A stretch of DNA of 64,000 nucleotides from an uncultured Gammaproteobacteria bacterium (GCA_938084745.1 CALKEZ010000022.1:24140-88139), one strand, 5' to 3'; numbered from the stretch's first letter, positions 40,864-52,121 are shown. The notes: a model not told the origin generated them from the sequence alone. Translations and numbers: made by a program.

Positions 40864-41703
40864 TTATTGCATAGCAATTTCATTGCAATCCACCGGTAAT
40901 GCATTGAAGCGTGCGGGAAATCCGGTGAAGAGATCATTCACATAATCCGAATCCTTAACAACACTCACATCAAACCAGTGTATCTTGTTTCCACCGGAAT
41001 AGGGAATAACAACAGACTGATATCCCTTTGCTTTAATCTCGTTTAAACGTCGATTAATAGATGCCTGACTGGAGAAAAGACCCAGCGAGATTGCGTTAGA
41101 CAAATCACCCTCTCTAATCAACCTCATGTCTGTGACACCTTTTAGCTTGAGATCCTTTAATGCTGCTTCCGCGGACTCGCGGGATTCACGAGGCGCCAGA
41201 TAAACCCAGAACAATTGTCTCCCCCGCTCATCTGTTTGTCGCTCGTTATATAAGATTCCCCTTTCATTTAACCATTCAGAGAACAACCTTGATTCTTTCA
41301 GGTTTGGAATAGGACCATAGGTGTAGCATATGGTGACTGCGGGTAATGAATAAGCAGAATATCCATCGGTTTCATTCTCTGCGGCTATTGTTGTTTGAGT
41401 TTCTTGCATAATGCTGGACTCTGCCATCAGTGATTCCAGCATTTTTTCTGTATTTGGGTTTAAGGCAACGGGCAAGACCGGCTCCGAATTAAAGTTTTCC
41501 ATGGAAAGCTCTGTATCAAGCTTAATGCGACTTCGTGTTTCTGGCAGTTTCTCAAGTTCACTTAACAGCGCCAATCGTTGTGTCCCCAGAGGGATCCGGA
41601 TAGCCGATGCCACATTGGAGTGGTCAAGTTTTACGTCACGGTCCATCTCCCAACCGAGATAGACAACGTTAATCATGAGTAACAGGATGAATAACCACTT
41701 CAT
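40864..41703 (-). CDS. SPOR-domain protein (bitopic)
   Basis: N-terminal TM MKWLFILLLMINVVYLGW. The C-terminal SPOR-like repeats are FWVYLAPRESRESAEAALKDLKLKG and ISLGLFSSQASINRRLNEIKAKG. It sits after coaX, as in other gammaproteobacteria. Confidence 0.7.
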   Translation of the reverse strand: MKWLFILLLMINVVYLGWEMDRDVKLDHSNVASAIRIPLGTQRLALLSELEKLPETRSRIKLDTELSMENFNSEPVLPVALNPNTEKMLESLMAESSIMQETQTTIAAENETDGYSAYSLPAVTICYTYGPIPNLKESRLFSEWLNERGILYNERQTDERGRQLFWVYLAPRESRESAEAALKDLKLKGVTDMRLIREGDLSNAISLGLFSSQASINRRLNEIKAKGYQSVVIPYSGGNKIHWFDVSVVKDSDYVNDLFTGFPARFNALPVDCNEIAMQ

Positions 41704-42446
41704 AATGAAGCCTTATACATTATTAACAGACCACATAACACCAGATAAGGTTCGTGCTCAAAAGAATCCTGCAGTAAGGGTTGAATTATTTCTGCCATAC
41801 CACCGGTTATTATACATTTTGGCCGGCAATTCGATTCATTTGCAAGGTTTGACATAACACGATCGATCATCGCCACAATCGCAAAAGTAGCACCATTATT
41901 TATTGCCGTCTGGGTATCTTTCGCATATTCAAGAACAGCGCGTTTATCAGTCGTCGAATTGATACCTGCCGTTTTTGCGATAAGCGCCTGCTGCATTAAT
42001 TGAATGCCAGGCACGATATAACCACCGAGGTGATTGCCGTGCACCTCAATCGAATCAATCGTCACAGCGGTACCACAATCAACAACACACAATGCCGATG
42101 GGTGCTTTTCCCACGCAGCTACCATTGCCAACCAACGGTCAACGCCCATTTGCTTTACATCGCTATAGCTATTCTTAAGCCCATTAAAACTTGCACCGAC
42201 AGAAGCTTGCCAACATTGCAGCTGCCATTGCTGTTTAACCCAGACTTGAAGATCATTAAAAACATCAATCCCGGCGACATTCGCAACTAATACCGCTGAT
42301 GGTTTTTGCAAAGATAAGAAATTATCTTGAAGTTCTTGTAGAAAATTACTTTTCTCGTAGTTAAACACACCCGTATTAATAAACTGGTCGTGTTCCTCTA
42401 TTGCCCAATTCACGGATGAATTCCCTATGTCTAACAGTAATATCAT
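41700..42446 (-). CDS. coaX: type III pantothenate kinase
   Basis: MILLLDIGNSSVNWA, VVDCGTAVTID and ITGG. ATGA-type overlaps occur at both ends. Confidence 0.9.
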   Translation of the reverse strand: MILLLDIGNSSVNWAIEEHDQFINTGVFNYEKSNFLQELQDNFLSLQKPSAVLVANVAGIDVFNDLQVWVKQQWQLQCWQASVGASFNGLKNSYSDVKQMGVDRWLAMVAAWEKHPSALCVVDCGTAVTIDSIEVHGNHLGGYIVPGIQLMQQALIAKTAGINSTTDKRAVLEYAKDTQTAINNGATFAIVAMIDRVMSNLANESNCRPKCIITGGMAEIIQPLLQDSFEHEPYLVLCGLLIMYKASL

Positions 42447-43432
42447 TTTTTTCCTAATCGTAAACTGACTTCACCAGAAGTGTAATGTTTTAGTTGTCCG
42501 GCAACAGTCATTAATAAAGCCCCGTGGTTATCGACCCCTCGTAAAGTCCCCTCGATTTCATTATCGGGTAATATTAACCGAGCCTCACGTCCAACATACC
42601 GATCATAGTAACGCCATTCATCAATCAACGGAGAGTCCGGATCTGATTGTAAACTCTGGATAATTTCAAATACATTTGACAACAGGATTGAGACAATACT
42701 GTTTCTGGATACCCTGTTGCGGGTATGACTGCATATATCTGTCACCGCTTGGTCAATATCAGACAGAGTTGCTTCAGGCAAATCATAATTCACGCCAATA
42801 CCAATGATCACATCAACCGGACCACTCGCCTCACCACGCAACTCGAGCAAGATGCCACCCAGCTTTTTCTCCATAACCACAATATCGTTAGGCCACTTTA
42901 AGCCTATACCGTTAAGTCCTAATGTTGATAAAGTGCGAGCCACTGCTACACCCATATACAAAGACAACAAACCTAATGCCGCCGGGGCCATATCAAAACG
43001 CCAGCCTACGCTAACGCAGATGCCACTCGCAAGTGGAGTGATCCATTGATTCCCTCGTCGGCCTCTTCCACTGGACTGATATTCTGCCAAAACAACCTGA
43101 CCATGTATCTGCTCAGTGTCTAACCGATTTAATAAACAGGAATTGGTTGATTTTGCCTTGAGCAAGACGTTTATATCCTGACAACATTTGCTCGCTACTG
43201 GTGTTAATGAGGCTTTAATACTTTCTTCGGATAGCAATTCTATCTTATGCGTTAATTGATACCCCTGACCCCGTAGGGCTTCAACAGGTAGACCAAGTGA
43301 TTGAATATGTTTTATTGATTTCCAGACGGCTGCCCGGGAAACATTTAACTGTTCGGCAAGTGCTTGGCCTGAATGAATACCACCGTCGGATATTCTGGAC
43401 AGCAACGCAGCGAGGGCTGTAGACATAAGCAA
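42443..43432 (-). CDS. birA: bifunctional biotin-[acetyl-CoA-carboxylase] ligase / biotin operon repressor
   Basis: N-terminal wHTH (LAEQLNVSRAAVWKSIKHIQSLGL), the GRGRRGNQW motif and KWPNDI. Confidence 0.9.
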   Translation of the reverse strand: MLMSTALAALLSRISDGGIHSGQALAEQLNVSRAAVWKSIKHIQSLGLPVEALRGQGYQLTHKIELLSEESIKASLTPVASKCCQDINVLLKAKSTNSCLLNRLDTEQIHGQVVLAEYQSSGRGRRGNQWITPLASGICVSVGWRFDMAPAALGLLSLYMGVAVARTLSTLGLNGIGLKWPNDIVVMEKKLGGILLELRGEASGPVDVIIGIGVNYDLPEATLSDIDQAVTDICSHTRNRVSRNSIVSILLSNVFEIIQSLQSDPDSPLIDEWRYYDRYVGREARLILPDNEIEGTLRGVDNHGALLMTVAGQLKHYTSGEVSLRLGKK

Positions 43433-43565
43433 GAAAATAGACTGATAAAGATAAATTGGAATTATATCACTAGGGGTAGACTGATAAAGATTCCTGTTAC
43501 AGGCCCGGAAAACAAAACTTTACTCATTTAATTGCCCGATGAATCAGAACAAGACTGACTAATAG

Positions 43566-45287
43566 CTATATATCGTCTTTACGCAGGGTTGCATCGTCAT
43601 CCAGTTCAGCATCACCATCATCCAACATGATAGTCTCATCTTCCGAATCAAAATCATCATCTTCTTCCAAGTTAAATTCCGGTTCACTGACATTCTGACT
43701 TTCAGCTGGGAGTTCACGAATGATCGTATCCTCCTCATCAGGATCGGGCTCATACAAATCTGACAGGTCGTCTTCAGACTCAGGACCGGTTAAATCAAAA
43801 TCCATATCTGAATCTGCAACTGCATTTAATTCTTCGTCACTTAATGCCGCGGAACCACTCTCATGGCCCCGAAGCTGAGTCGCTTCTTCCGAGTCGTCCA
43901 TGGCCGGGGGTTGCGCGGCAAATACGGTATTGGATATGACCGTCATGCCACTGTCTTCCATTTCTGGCATGATGAATTCAAATTCACATTTGTGTAAGCG
44001 AATACGATCACCATGTTTTAATCGGACTTCACTACTGACCAGTTCTCCATTGACGAACGTGCCGTTAATACTGCCCTGATCGATAATCCAATATGAGTAA
44101 TCTTTATACTCGATTAGGGCATGGCGACGACCAATGGTTGTCTCGTTGACGACAATATAGTCAAGATGATCCGTGTCCTTTCCCGCAACGCGTCCAAACA
44201 TAACTGGTTTGGTACCGAGTTTATGTGTCTGTTTATCCGTCTTGCCTTGCAAGTCGTTAATATAGGCCTCCTGAACGGTTTCAACGGCACTCGCTTTTAA
44301 ATCACGATTGCGTCGCAGTAGCAGAATTAATATACCAAGCAATGTAATCGTTAATACGATCGCAGCAGCAATCATAATAATTGAACGAATACGCTCTTCC
44401 TGACCCATTGATTGGGCAGGCACCTCGATTATAACCGGTGGTGGTGGCGCTGGCTGGACAGCGGGAGGCGTTGGAGCCTGAACAACGGAGGCTGGCTCAA
44501 CCACCTCGGGCTCGGGCGGTGTATTAATGATTTTGTCGATTTGTTCAAAAACATTCTGCAGGTCTTGTGCTGTTAAAGCACGATAATATTCGCCGTCGGT
44601 TTTTTGCGCGATGGATTGTATTAACTGAAAATCTGCCCCCTCGGTAAAAGCGATGCCGAATATCTTGATGTCATTGTCAGCTGCATCAGGAGCCAGATCT
44701 TCACGCAACCATTTAGATTTTTCCAGATCTCGTTCAGGTGCTCCGGTATCAACAATACCATCGGTCATAAAGATAATGGATTGTTCTGCATTATCGCGGC
44801 CGTTATTTTTTAATTCATAAATCGCACGTTCAATCCCGGCAGGACTATCAGTAAATAAACCCTTGTAATTGATCTGTTCAATACTGTTAAGAATCTTCTC
44901 ACGATTGGCGAGAGAAGCATCCGTCAGAGAAACTGGCAGACGAACGGCCTGGTCAAAGATAACAATCGCCACTCGAGTATGTTCATTCTGCTGGCTAATA
45001 AATTCCTTTACAGCCTTGCTAACCAGAAAATCCGGATCATTTTTTTTCATACTGCCGGAATTATCCAGTACCAGGACAACATCCTTGTTCAGTATTGACA
45101 TTTCTTCAGAGAACTCTTCATCATCCATTGCTTCTGAAAGCATATCATCAGCCGTTTCAATAACTAACGACTCCACGGAGTCTGTCGCCTTATCCATCGG
45201 CGATGTAATTGACTCGGGCTCGGCATGACTGCTCACACAGACCAGAATCAATAGTGTTTTTAGAATTAGCCTGAACATTTTATCCAT
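43566..45287 (-). CDS. bitopic signalling protein: periplasmic vWA domain, Pro-rich linker, TM helix, cytoplasmic FHA domain, acidic tail
   Basis: Signal peptide MDKMFRLILKTLLILVCVSSHA. MIDAS motif VLVLDNSGSM plus MTDG. TM helix IIMIAAAIVLTITLLGILILLL. FHA TIGRRHALIEY...IIDQGSINGTFVNG. The start is either 45287 or 45278. Confidence 0.8.
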   Translation of the reverse strand: MDKMFRLILKTLLILVCVSSHAEPESITSPMDKATDSVESLVIETADDMLSEAMDDEEFSEEMSILNKDVVLVLDNSGSMKKNDPDFLVSKAVKEFISQQNEHTRVAIVIFDQAVRLPVSLTDASLANREKILNSIEQINYKGLFTDSPAGIERAIYELKNNGRDNAEQSIIFMTDGIVDTGAPERDLEKSKWLREDLAPDAADNDIKIFGIAFTEGADFQLIQSIAQKTDGEYYRALTAQDLQNVFEQIDKIINTPPEPEVVEPASVVQAPTPPAVQPAPPPPVIIEVPAQSMGQEERIRSIIMIAAAIVLTITLLGILILLLRRNRDLKASAVETVQEAYINDLQGKTDKQTHKLGTKPVMFGRVAGKDTDHLDYIVVNETTIGRRHALIEYKDYSYWIIDQGSINGTFVNGELVSSEVRLKHGDRIRLHKCEFEFIMPEMEDSGMTVISNTVFAAQPPAMDDSEEATQLRGHESGSAALSDEELNAVADSDMDFDLTGPESEDDLSDLYEPDPDEEDTIIRELPAESQNVSEPEFNLEEDDDFDSEDETIMLDDGDAELDDDATLRKDDI

Positions 45288-45377
45288 TATCAAAGATGTG
45301 AAGTTAACTTGAACGCCTATTATATGTTTATTCGTAACATACTGAAATGTTTTACTTATATCATGCAAATGTGTTTC

Positions 45378-46208
45378 TTATGGCGCTACCGCAACGGGTT
45401 TGCCGGGAGTACTACTCCATTCACTCCATGAACCGGCATAAAGTTTTGGCAAATTCAATCCCGCGTGTGCGACGGCAAGGAGATTATGACAGGCGGTAAC
45501 ACCGGAACCACAATAAAAAACAGCCTCTTCTGACGCTACATCACCGAGTATGTCTTCAAACTCAGACTTCAGCACCTGTTTTGATTTGAAACGCCCATCG
45601 CTAGTCAAATTATTTTTCCAGAAACGGTTCATCGCGCCGGGGATATGACCCGCCACTTTATCAATCGGCTCTATTTCGCCACGATAACGCGCAGGGTCTC
45701 TCGCATCCAGAAGCAAGGTCGCGTGTTCAACCTCGTCAATACCAATCAAATCCCGAGTTAAAGCCTGATGCTTGAACTCAACCTGCGTAGTCGTCTCGAC
45801 TTCCATACTAATTGGTCGGTCGGCCCCTAACCAGGATTGCCAACCACCATCCAGCACGGCAACATTATCATGCTGCATATGTTTTAACATCCACCACAAG
45901 CGCGCGGCAAATGAACCAAAGGCATCATCATAAACAACCACTTGAGTATTCGGAAGAATACCCAGTTCAGAAAATAATTCGTTCATCGCATCTGGCGTCG
46001 GCATGGGATGACGACCTCGATTAATTGAGGGCGCTCGACTCAAATCATCGTGTAAATCCACATAAATCGCGCCCGGGATATGCCCTTTAAGATAGGCATT
46101 TTTACCGGCATCCGCGTTCATCAAATCATAACGCACATCAAAAATAACCCAATCAGGTCGATTGAGTGCGTTAAATAATGCTTCTTCACTGATTAACGTT
46201 GTATACAT
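45378..46208 (-). CDS. sseA: rhodanese-domain sulfurtransferase (SseA / 3-mercaptopyruvate sulfurtransferase-like)
   Basis: Tandem rhodanese domains with the active-site loop YCGSGVTACH. Confidence 0.82.
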   Translation of the reverse strand: MYTTLISEEALFNALNRPDWVIFDVRYDLMNADAGKNAYLKGHIPGAIYVDLHDDLSRAPSINRGRHPMPTPDAMNELFSELGILPNTQVVVYDDAFGSFAARLWWMLKHMQHDNVAVLDGGWQSWLGADRPISMEVETTTQVEFKHQALTRDLIGIDEVEHATLLLDARDPARYRGEIEPIDKVAGHIPGAMNRFWKNNLTSDGRFKSKQVLKSEFEDILGDVASEEAVFYCGSGVTACHNLLAVAHAGLNLPKLYAGSWSEWSSTPGKPVAVAP

Positions 46209-46287
46209 TTATGTATCACAATACCGTGAGAAAAATTCTTAATAAACAGGACTCGGTTACTATGTTTTGATTTATAGTAATAATGAC

Positions 46288-47358
46288 ATGATTAGACAAC
46301 AGCTGCATCACTATAGGACCATCATCTGCTGCATTTTTGCGCTTATTCTTTCGGGTTGTGCCTCGGTAAATTATTATTCTCAGTCTATTTACGGACAAGT
46401 TGAGATCATAAAAAAACGTCAGGATATTAATACCTTACTAAATAAGGACGAGCTCCCCGACCGACTTCGTAAAAAACTTAATACGGTTAAAGCACTGCGG
46501 CGATTTTCAATCAAACAACTGGGGCTCCCCGATAACAACAGTTATTTCGCCTACGCTGATCTTGGACGTGATTATGTTATCTGGAATATATTTGCCACTG
46601 AAGAATTCTCACTTAGACCAAAAACATGGTGCTACCTGGTGGTTGGCTGCCTTGATTATCGCGGTTATTTTGCTGAATCTGAAGCAAGACAATACGCAAA
46701 TATACTGAAGGAAAATGGTCATGACGTTTATCTCGGCGGGGTTGCGGCTTATTCAACACTGGGCTGGTTTGATGACCCTGTCCTAAACACAATGCTGCGC
46801 TGGAGTGATATTCGACTGGCAGCCGTCATTTTCCATGAACTTGCACATCAACAACTTTATATAAAACACGACACTGAATTCAATGAAGCCTATGCCGATG
46901 CTATTGCCCACATAGGTGTTTTAAAATGGCTTAAACAAAACGCTGAACAGCCGGAATATGACGCCTATATTAATGCTCAAGCGCAGGATGAACAGTTCAT
47001 AACGCTAGTCATGAAATACAAAGCCTTATTGAACGGGCTCTATCAGTCAGGAGAAAATGACGAATCAATGCGCACCGGCAAGAAAGCATTGTTTAGCCAG
47101 ATGCGAGACGAATATAAGTTACTGAGTCGTAACTGGGCAGAAGACAGTTATGCAGGCTGGTTCGAAACGGAAATTAACAATGCCAAGTTAGCGGCTATTG
47201 TGACATACAGAAAATATGTGCCGGCTTTATTAGACCTCTATGAAAAGCTGGATAACGATTTAAACCAATTTTATGGTTTTGTGAAATTATTAGCCGACTG
47301 CGACCAGTTTCAACGCCGCAAAACTCTGGAACAACGTGCAATTAAATTTGGATGTTAA
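46288..47358 (+). CDS. predicted lipoprotein aminopeptidase (DUF2265-like zinc peptidase)
   Basis: Lipobox LILSGC|AS and the motif FHELAHQ. Overall it matches my memory of the 'predicted aminopeptidase' family. The ORF is open from the TTG at 46267. Confidence 0.65.
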   Translation: MIRQQLHHYRTIICCIFALILSGCASVNYYSQSIYGQVEIIKKRQDINTLLNKDELPDRLRKKLNTVKALRRFSIKQLGLPDNNSYFAYADLGRDYVIWNIFATEEFSLRPKTWCYLVVGCLDYRGYFAESEARQYANILKENGHDVYLGGVAAYSTLGWFDDPVLNTMLRWSDIRLAAVIFHELAHQQLYIKHDTEFNEAYADAIAHIGVLKWLKQNAEQPEYDAYINAQAQDEQFITLVMKYKALLNGLYQSGENDESMRTGKKALFSQMRDEYKLLSRNWAEDSYAGWFETEINNAKLAAIVTYRKYVPALLDLYEKLDNDLNQFYGFVKLLADCDQFQRRKTLEQRAIKFGC

Positions 47359-47437
47359 CCAATATAATTGTGTTACAATTTAGCGACAAAATGGAATTTT
47401 GGCACTAAAGCAGCTTTTACTAAAACTGACTTTAATG

Positions 47438-47453
47438 TGTGAAATTGCTCACA
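47438..47453. promoter_or_regulatory. perfect CRP-type palindrome TGTGA-N6-TCACA upstream of the FHA paralogue
   Basis: The sequence tgtgaaattgctcaca has both half-sites identical to the CRP consensus core. It lies about 87-102 nt upstream of the ATG at 47540. Confidence 0.4.
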
Positions 47454-47539
47454 ATTCAAGCGAATTATAATAAAGACCTCAAGTCTATGCCTTATTGGCC
47501 GAGATATAATCATTAGCCCCTGATTCATTATTCAAATCA

Positions 47540-48424
47540 ATGTTAAATAAATTTTTTGCAAAACCTATAGAATTAACCGTTGGCGAACAGGAACTTAAGT
47601 TTAGTTCACTGGCGGACTTCGAGTTCAGCCTCGCTGGTCGCACATCAGTGCCCTCAAAAAAAATCACCGGCATGGTGAAGTTCTCGCTGGATGAATTAAA
47701 GAAAGAAGCGCGAACCATCAAGGATGTTGAGAAACAGTTTGTTGCTATTTTGTCCAAATCAATTGAGAACCCGGGCAGCATCAATCGTGCTTTAAGGGAG
47801 ATGGATGCTCAGATTTTTTCACAAGACCATAATTGGCGCACGATCATTGGTGCATTGCATAACGGTGGCGATGAATTAAACGAATTTAGACGTGTTGCCC
47901 TGGTCAAATACATGCAATACCTCTCATCCCGACAAGAAATAATAAAATACCTCTATTCTGAAAAGAAAAGACGGTCTCAGTCTTCCGGTGCAACAAATGA
48001 TTCGGAAGCGGGTACTGATTTCAAAGACACGGTAATGCTCGAAAACACTGTGTTTGAACCGGTCTCTGGCGAATATGATAACGGTGAGATGGAAAAAATG
48101 CCCAAGGGTGAAAACGTCACCATCCGTATGAAGCCTGGCAAAAAAATTGTTGTATTATTATCCAAGAACCGTTGCAAGCTTATGGCTGATGAATCGGGCT
48201 GTAAGTTTATTGATGATGCTGGTCGAAGTTACGACCTGAAGATAGGCAAGAATGTCATCGGCCGTGATAGTAAAAGCGATATTATGATGGATCCTAATTT
48301 AAGAGATATTTCACGTATGCATCTGGTGGTAGAACTCGATGATACGAATACGCTTTACTTGACTGACTTATCGGCGCACGGCACCTACATTCCAGCCAAG
48401 TATCTGCAAAGCATGACTTTCTAG
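47540..48424 (+). CDS. FHA-domain protein, paralogue of 13084-13947
   Basis: C-terminal FHA: NVIGRDSKSDIMMD...ISRMHLVVEL...LTDLSAHGTYI. The N-terminus MLNKFFAKPIELTVGEQELKF...GRTSVPSKK...FSQDHNWRTII...KYMQYLS parallels the other copy. Confidence 0.8.
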   Translation: MLNKFFAKPIELTVGEQELKFSSLADFEFSLAGRTSVPSKKITGMVKFSLDELKKEARTIKDVEKQFVAILSKSIENPGSINRALREMDAQIFSQDHNWRTIIGALHNGGDELNEFRRVALVKYMQYLSSRQEIIKYLYSEKKRRSQSSGATNDSEAGTDFKDTVMLENTVFEPVSGEYDNGEMEKMPKGENVTIRMKPGKKIVVLLSKNRCKLMADESGCKFIDDAGRSYDLKIGKNVIGRDSKSDIMMDPNLRDISRMHLVVELDDTNTLYLTDLSAHGTYIPAKYLQSMTF

Positions 48425-48426
48425 GT

Positions 48427-48774
48427 TCAGCTACTACCGAAGATCCCCTTTATTTTTCCTACCAGGCCTTCTTTTGCCCGTTTCTTGGCGGCACTTGCTC
48501 TTGCCTGATCGGCCTTGCTTAATGGTTTGACTTCATCTTTCTTCACAGTGACCACTTTTTTACCCGTCAATAATGCCTTTATACGTCCGCCTGCCTCGGG
48601 GCCTACTTTTTTCTTCACTTTATTGATGATGTACTCATCATCATATTTTTTTGCTCGAAGATCATTAATCACTCCCTTAACCACCTCATCTTCTTTATCT
48701 TTTCTCAAGGCAACGTAGAGCGCTTCAAGCAGGCTTTCTGACCACATCGTTTTAACTTCTGTTTTATCATTCAT
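48427..48774 (-). CDS. hypothetical Lys-rich small protein
   Basis: 115-aa ORF, convergent with the FHA gene and 2 nt from it. No family recognised. Confidence 0.45.
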   Translation of the reverse strand: MNDKTEVKTMWSESLLEALYVALRKDKEDEVVKGVINDLRAKKYDDEYIINKVKKKVGPEAGGRIKALLTGKKVVTVKKDEVKPLSKADQARASAAKKRAKEGLVGKIKGIFGSS

Positions 48775-48837
48775 TTGTTCGGCCCCATAACAAAATTGCT
48801 ATATTAATAAACATTATCAGTGACTATAAAAAACAAC

Positions 48838-48967
48838 AGTCTATTCAAATACATAATAATTTTAATCAGAATAGACTATATAAACCATAAAATACCGAAT
48901 TTATACAAATATTAACTATCAATATAAAGACTTGGTCTATGTTCGATATCCATCTTTCTGATAGACT
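48838..48967. promoter_or_regulatory. repeated heptamer AGTCTAT/ATAGACT in the AT-rich cysH upstream region
   Basis: agtctattc (48838-48846) and gaatagact (48869-48877) form a 9-bp inverted repeat. Further copies are ggtctat (48934-48940) and atagact (48961-48967). Confidence 0.3.
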
Positions 48968-49019
48968 CGCCACCTGGATTTAAAATTAAAAATCAACAAC
49001 ATAGATACGCGGATTGAGG

Positions 49020-49748
49020 ATGAGCATAACAGAATTTAACCCGGAACAACTGAGCACAGAATATGGCGAGCGATCACCTGCCGCGATTATTAAACTGGCG
49101 CTTGAACGTTTTAAAAACATCGCCATCTCTTTTAGTGGTGCTGAGGATGTCGTCTTAATTGATATCGCGACAAAAATGAAATCCGATGTAAATGTATTCT
49201 CACTGGATACAGGACGGTTGCATGCCGAAACTTATCGCTTTATCGAACAGGTCCGCGAGCACTACAACATAGAAATTAATGTACTCTCACCCGATGCGGA
49301 AACAGTTCAAAACCTGGTACGCACAAAGGGGCTATATAGTTTTTATAAAGACGGCCATAAAGAATGTTGTAACATTCGTAAAGTTATACCACTACGACGT
49401 AAATTATTAACTTTGGATGCCTGGATTACCGGACAACGTAAAGATCAAAGTCCCGATACACGTAATGCCGTTCCGGTGATTGAAAGAGATGGTGCATTTT
49501 CAAGCGCGGATAAAAGCTTGTATAAATTTAATCCTCTGGCTAACTGGACGTCCGCAGATGTTTGGGAATATATAAGAAGTAATGATGTTCCCTACAATGC
49601 GTTGCACGCACAGGGATTCAACAGTATTGGTTGTGAACCTTGTACCCGTCCGGTATTGCCAAACCAACATGAACGTGAAGGTCGTTGGTGGTGGGAGGAA
49701 GCAACACAGAAAGAATGTGGTTTACATGTTGGCAGTCCGAAAAAATAA
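49020..49748 (+). CDS. cysH: assimilatory adenylyl-sulfate (APS) reductase, thioredoxin-dependent, Fe-S type CysH
   Basis: PAPS-reductase fold ([13 protein letters not shown]) and the C-terminal KECGLH. It also has the CC (KECCNIRK) and CxxC (GCEPCT) pairs characteristic of the [4Fe-4S] APS-reductase subgroup. The start is ATG 49020 or TTG 49014. Confidence 0.85.
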   Translation: MSITEFNPEQLSTEYGERSPAAIIKLALERFKNIAISFSGAEDVVLIDIATKMKSDVNVFSLDTGRLHAETYRFIEQVREHYNIEINVLSPDAETVQNLVRTKGLYSFYKDGHKECCNIRKVIPLRRKLLTLDAWITGQRKDQSPDTRNAVPVIERDGAFSSADKSLYKFNPLANWTSADVWEYIRSNDVPYNALHAQGFNSIGCEPCTRPVLPNQHEREGRWWWEEATQKECGLHVGSPKK

Positions 49749-49853
49749 AACATTCTGACAATTACATTTGTAAAAAAATCATCATCAATAGCAGCCCGTC
49801 TGGCAAAAGATATTCTGGGTGCCAATCTGGTTCTGAATTAAATTTAATTATAA

Positions 49854-50882
<1,029 letters not shown>

Positions 50883-50959
50883 TCAGAATAGTAATCAACA
50901 TGTAAATTACACCACCCTTTTATTTTGACAAACGATAAACTATTGATTAACAAAGATAT

Positions 50960-51742
50960 ATGGATTTTTCATTTACACTAACAGGCTTTGTAGTCGGTTT
51001 CATAGTCGGCATGACGGGCGTCGGCGGCGGTTCATTGATGACCCCGATCCTCGTGCTTGGATTTGGTATTAAGCCTGCTATAGCCGTAGGAACTGATCTC
51101 CTCTATGCCGCAATTACCAAATCAGGCGGCGTCTTTGTGCACCACAAACACAGTAATATCCAATGGCCTATTGTTGCCTTGCTCTCATCAGGCAGCGTGC
51201 CGGCATCGTTTTGCTCGATCTATATTATTAAGAAACTTGATGCCGCAGGTATTAACTATGACCATCTGATCATGTCCACCTTAAGTATCGCTTTGATACT
51301 AACCGCAATATTTTTGTTAACCCGAAACCAGTTACATAAAATTAGCCAGAAAGAAAAGTTTGATGCGATAAAAGTACTGCATCGAAAATATAGAAAACCG
51401 TTCACCGTATTCGCAGGAGTTTTGATTGGTGTGCTCGTCACCTTATCCTCGGTGGGCGCCGGTGTGATTGGTGCTGCATTTTTATTTTTCCTCTATCCCA
51501 GATTAAAAGCCATACAGATCGTTGGAACTGATCTCGCCCATGCGATACCGATTACTTTCATCGCTGGATTGGGGCATGCGCATATCGGCACTGTAGACTA
51601 TGTCTTACTAGGTAGTTTACTTATAGGCTCATTGCCCGGTATATATCTAGGCAGTCATTTCGGTACTTTTTTGCCGGATAAAATAATGCGCCCGGTGCTT
51701 GCCAGCATGTTACTAATTATAGGCATACGCCTGGTCTTTTAA
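50960..51742 (+). CDS. TauE/SafE-family sulfite/anion exporter
   Basis: 260 aa, polytopic. Motifs GMTGVGGGSLMTPILV and a repeated second half, SSVGAGVIG. The gene is divergent from the cysB-like gene. Confidence 0.82.
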   Translation: MDFSFTLTGFVVGFIVGMTGVGGGSLMTPILVLGFGIKPAIAVGTDLLYAAITKSGGVFVHHKHSNIQWPIVALLSSGSVPASFCSIYIIKKLDAAGINYDHLIMSTLSIALILTAIFLLTRNQLHKISQKEKFDAIKVLHRKYRKPFTVFAGVLIGVLVTLSSVGAGVIGAAFLFFLYPRLKAIQIVGTDLAHAIPITFIAGLGHAHIGTVDYVLLGSLLIGSLPGIYLGSHFGTFLPDKIMRPVLASMLLIIGIRLVF

Positions 51743-51844
51743 ATCATCAAACAGCACTGTCCTTGTTAGTATCCGGCGAAGTGCTAGCAACTTTTGAGGA
51801 AGCCGTATTTGCGGGGATTAAGATGGTTGAAAGTAACTGAAAAT

Positions 51845-51871
51845 AAAAACCCTGCAATATGCAGGGTTTTT
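51845..51871. terminator. bidirectional rho-independent terminator
   Basis: aaaaa-ccctgc-aatat-gcaggg-ttttt lies between the convergent tauE-like and DUF465 genes. Confidence 0.7.
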
Positions 51872-51896
51872 AGATTAAATTTGTTTATGACAACAA

Positions 51897-52121
51897 TTAG
51901 ATTTGATTGTGTTTGTAATCTTCAATAATTGATGCCATGCGGTCCTTCAATATTAGTTTTTCTTTTTTAAGCCCTTCCAAACTTAGCTGGTCAACTTGAA
52001 TACTTTTTTCGTTCGCCTCTTTAACGGTATTTTTTAGCACGTCGTGTTTTTCGTAGAGCCTTTTGAAATCCTTATTTTCATTAAGTAATGAATTAACTAT
52101 CTCTTGATCGTGTTCAAACAT
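51897..52121 (-). CDS. DUF465 / YdcH-like small protein
   Basis: 74 aa. The segment NKDFKRLYEKHDVLKNTV...LSLEGLKKEKLILKDRM fits the DUF465 pattern. Confidence 0.65.
   Translation of the reverse strand: MFEHDQEIVNSLLNENKDFKRLYEKHDVLKNTVKEANEKSIQVDQLSLEGLKKEKLILKDRMASIIEDYKHNQI

Noticed and set aside
47400-47415. Sigma-54-like promoter TGGCAC-N5-caGCt upstream of the FHA paralogue
   Set aside because: The GG-N10-GC spacing is right, but the -12 element lacks the TT of TTGC. No enhancer-binding protein gene is nearby, and the site lies upstream of the CRP-like site in an atypical arrangement. I kept it only as a note.
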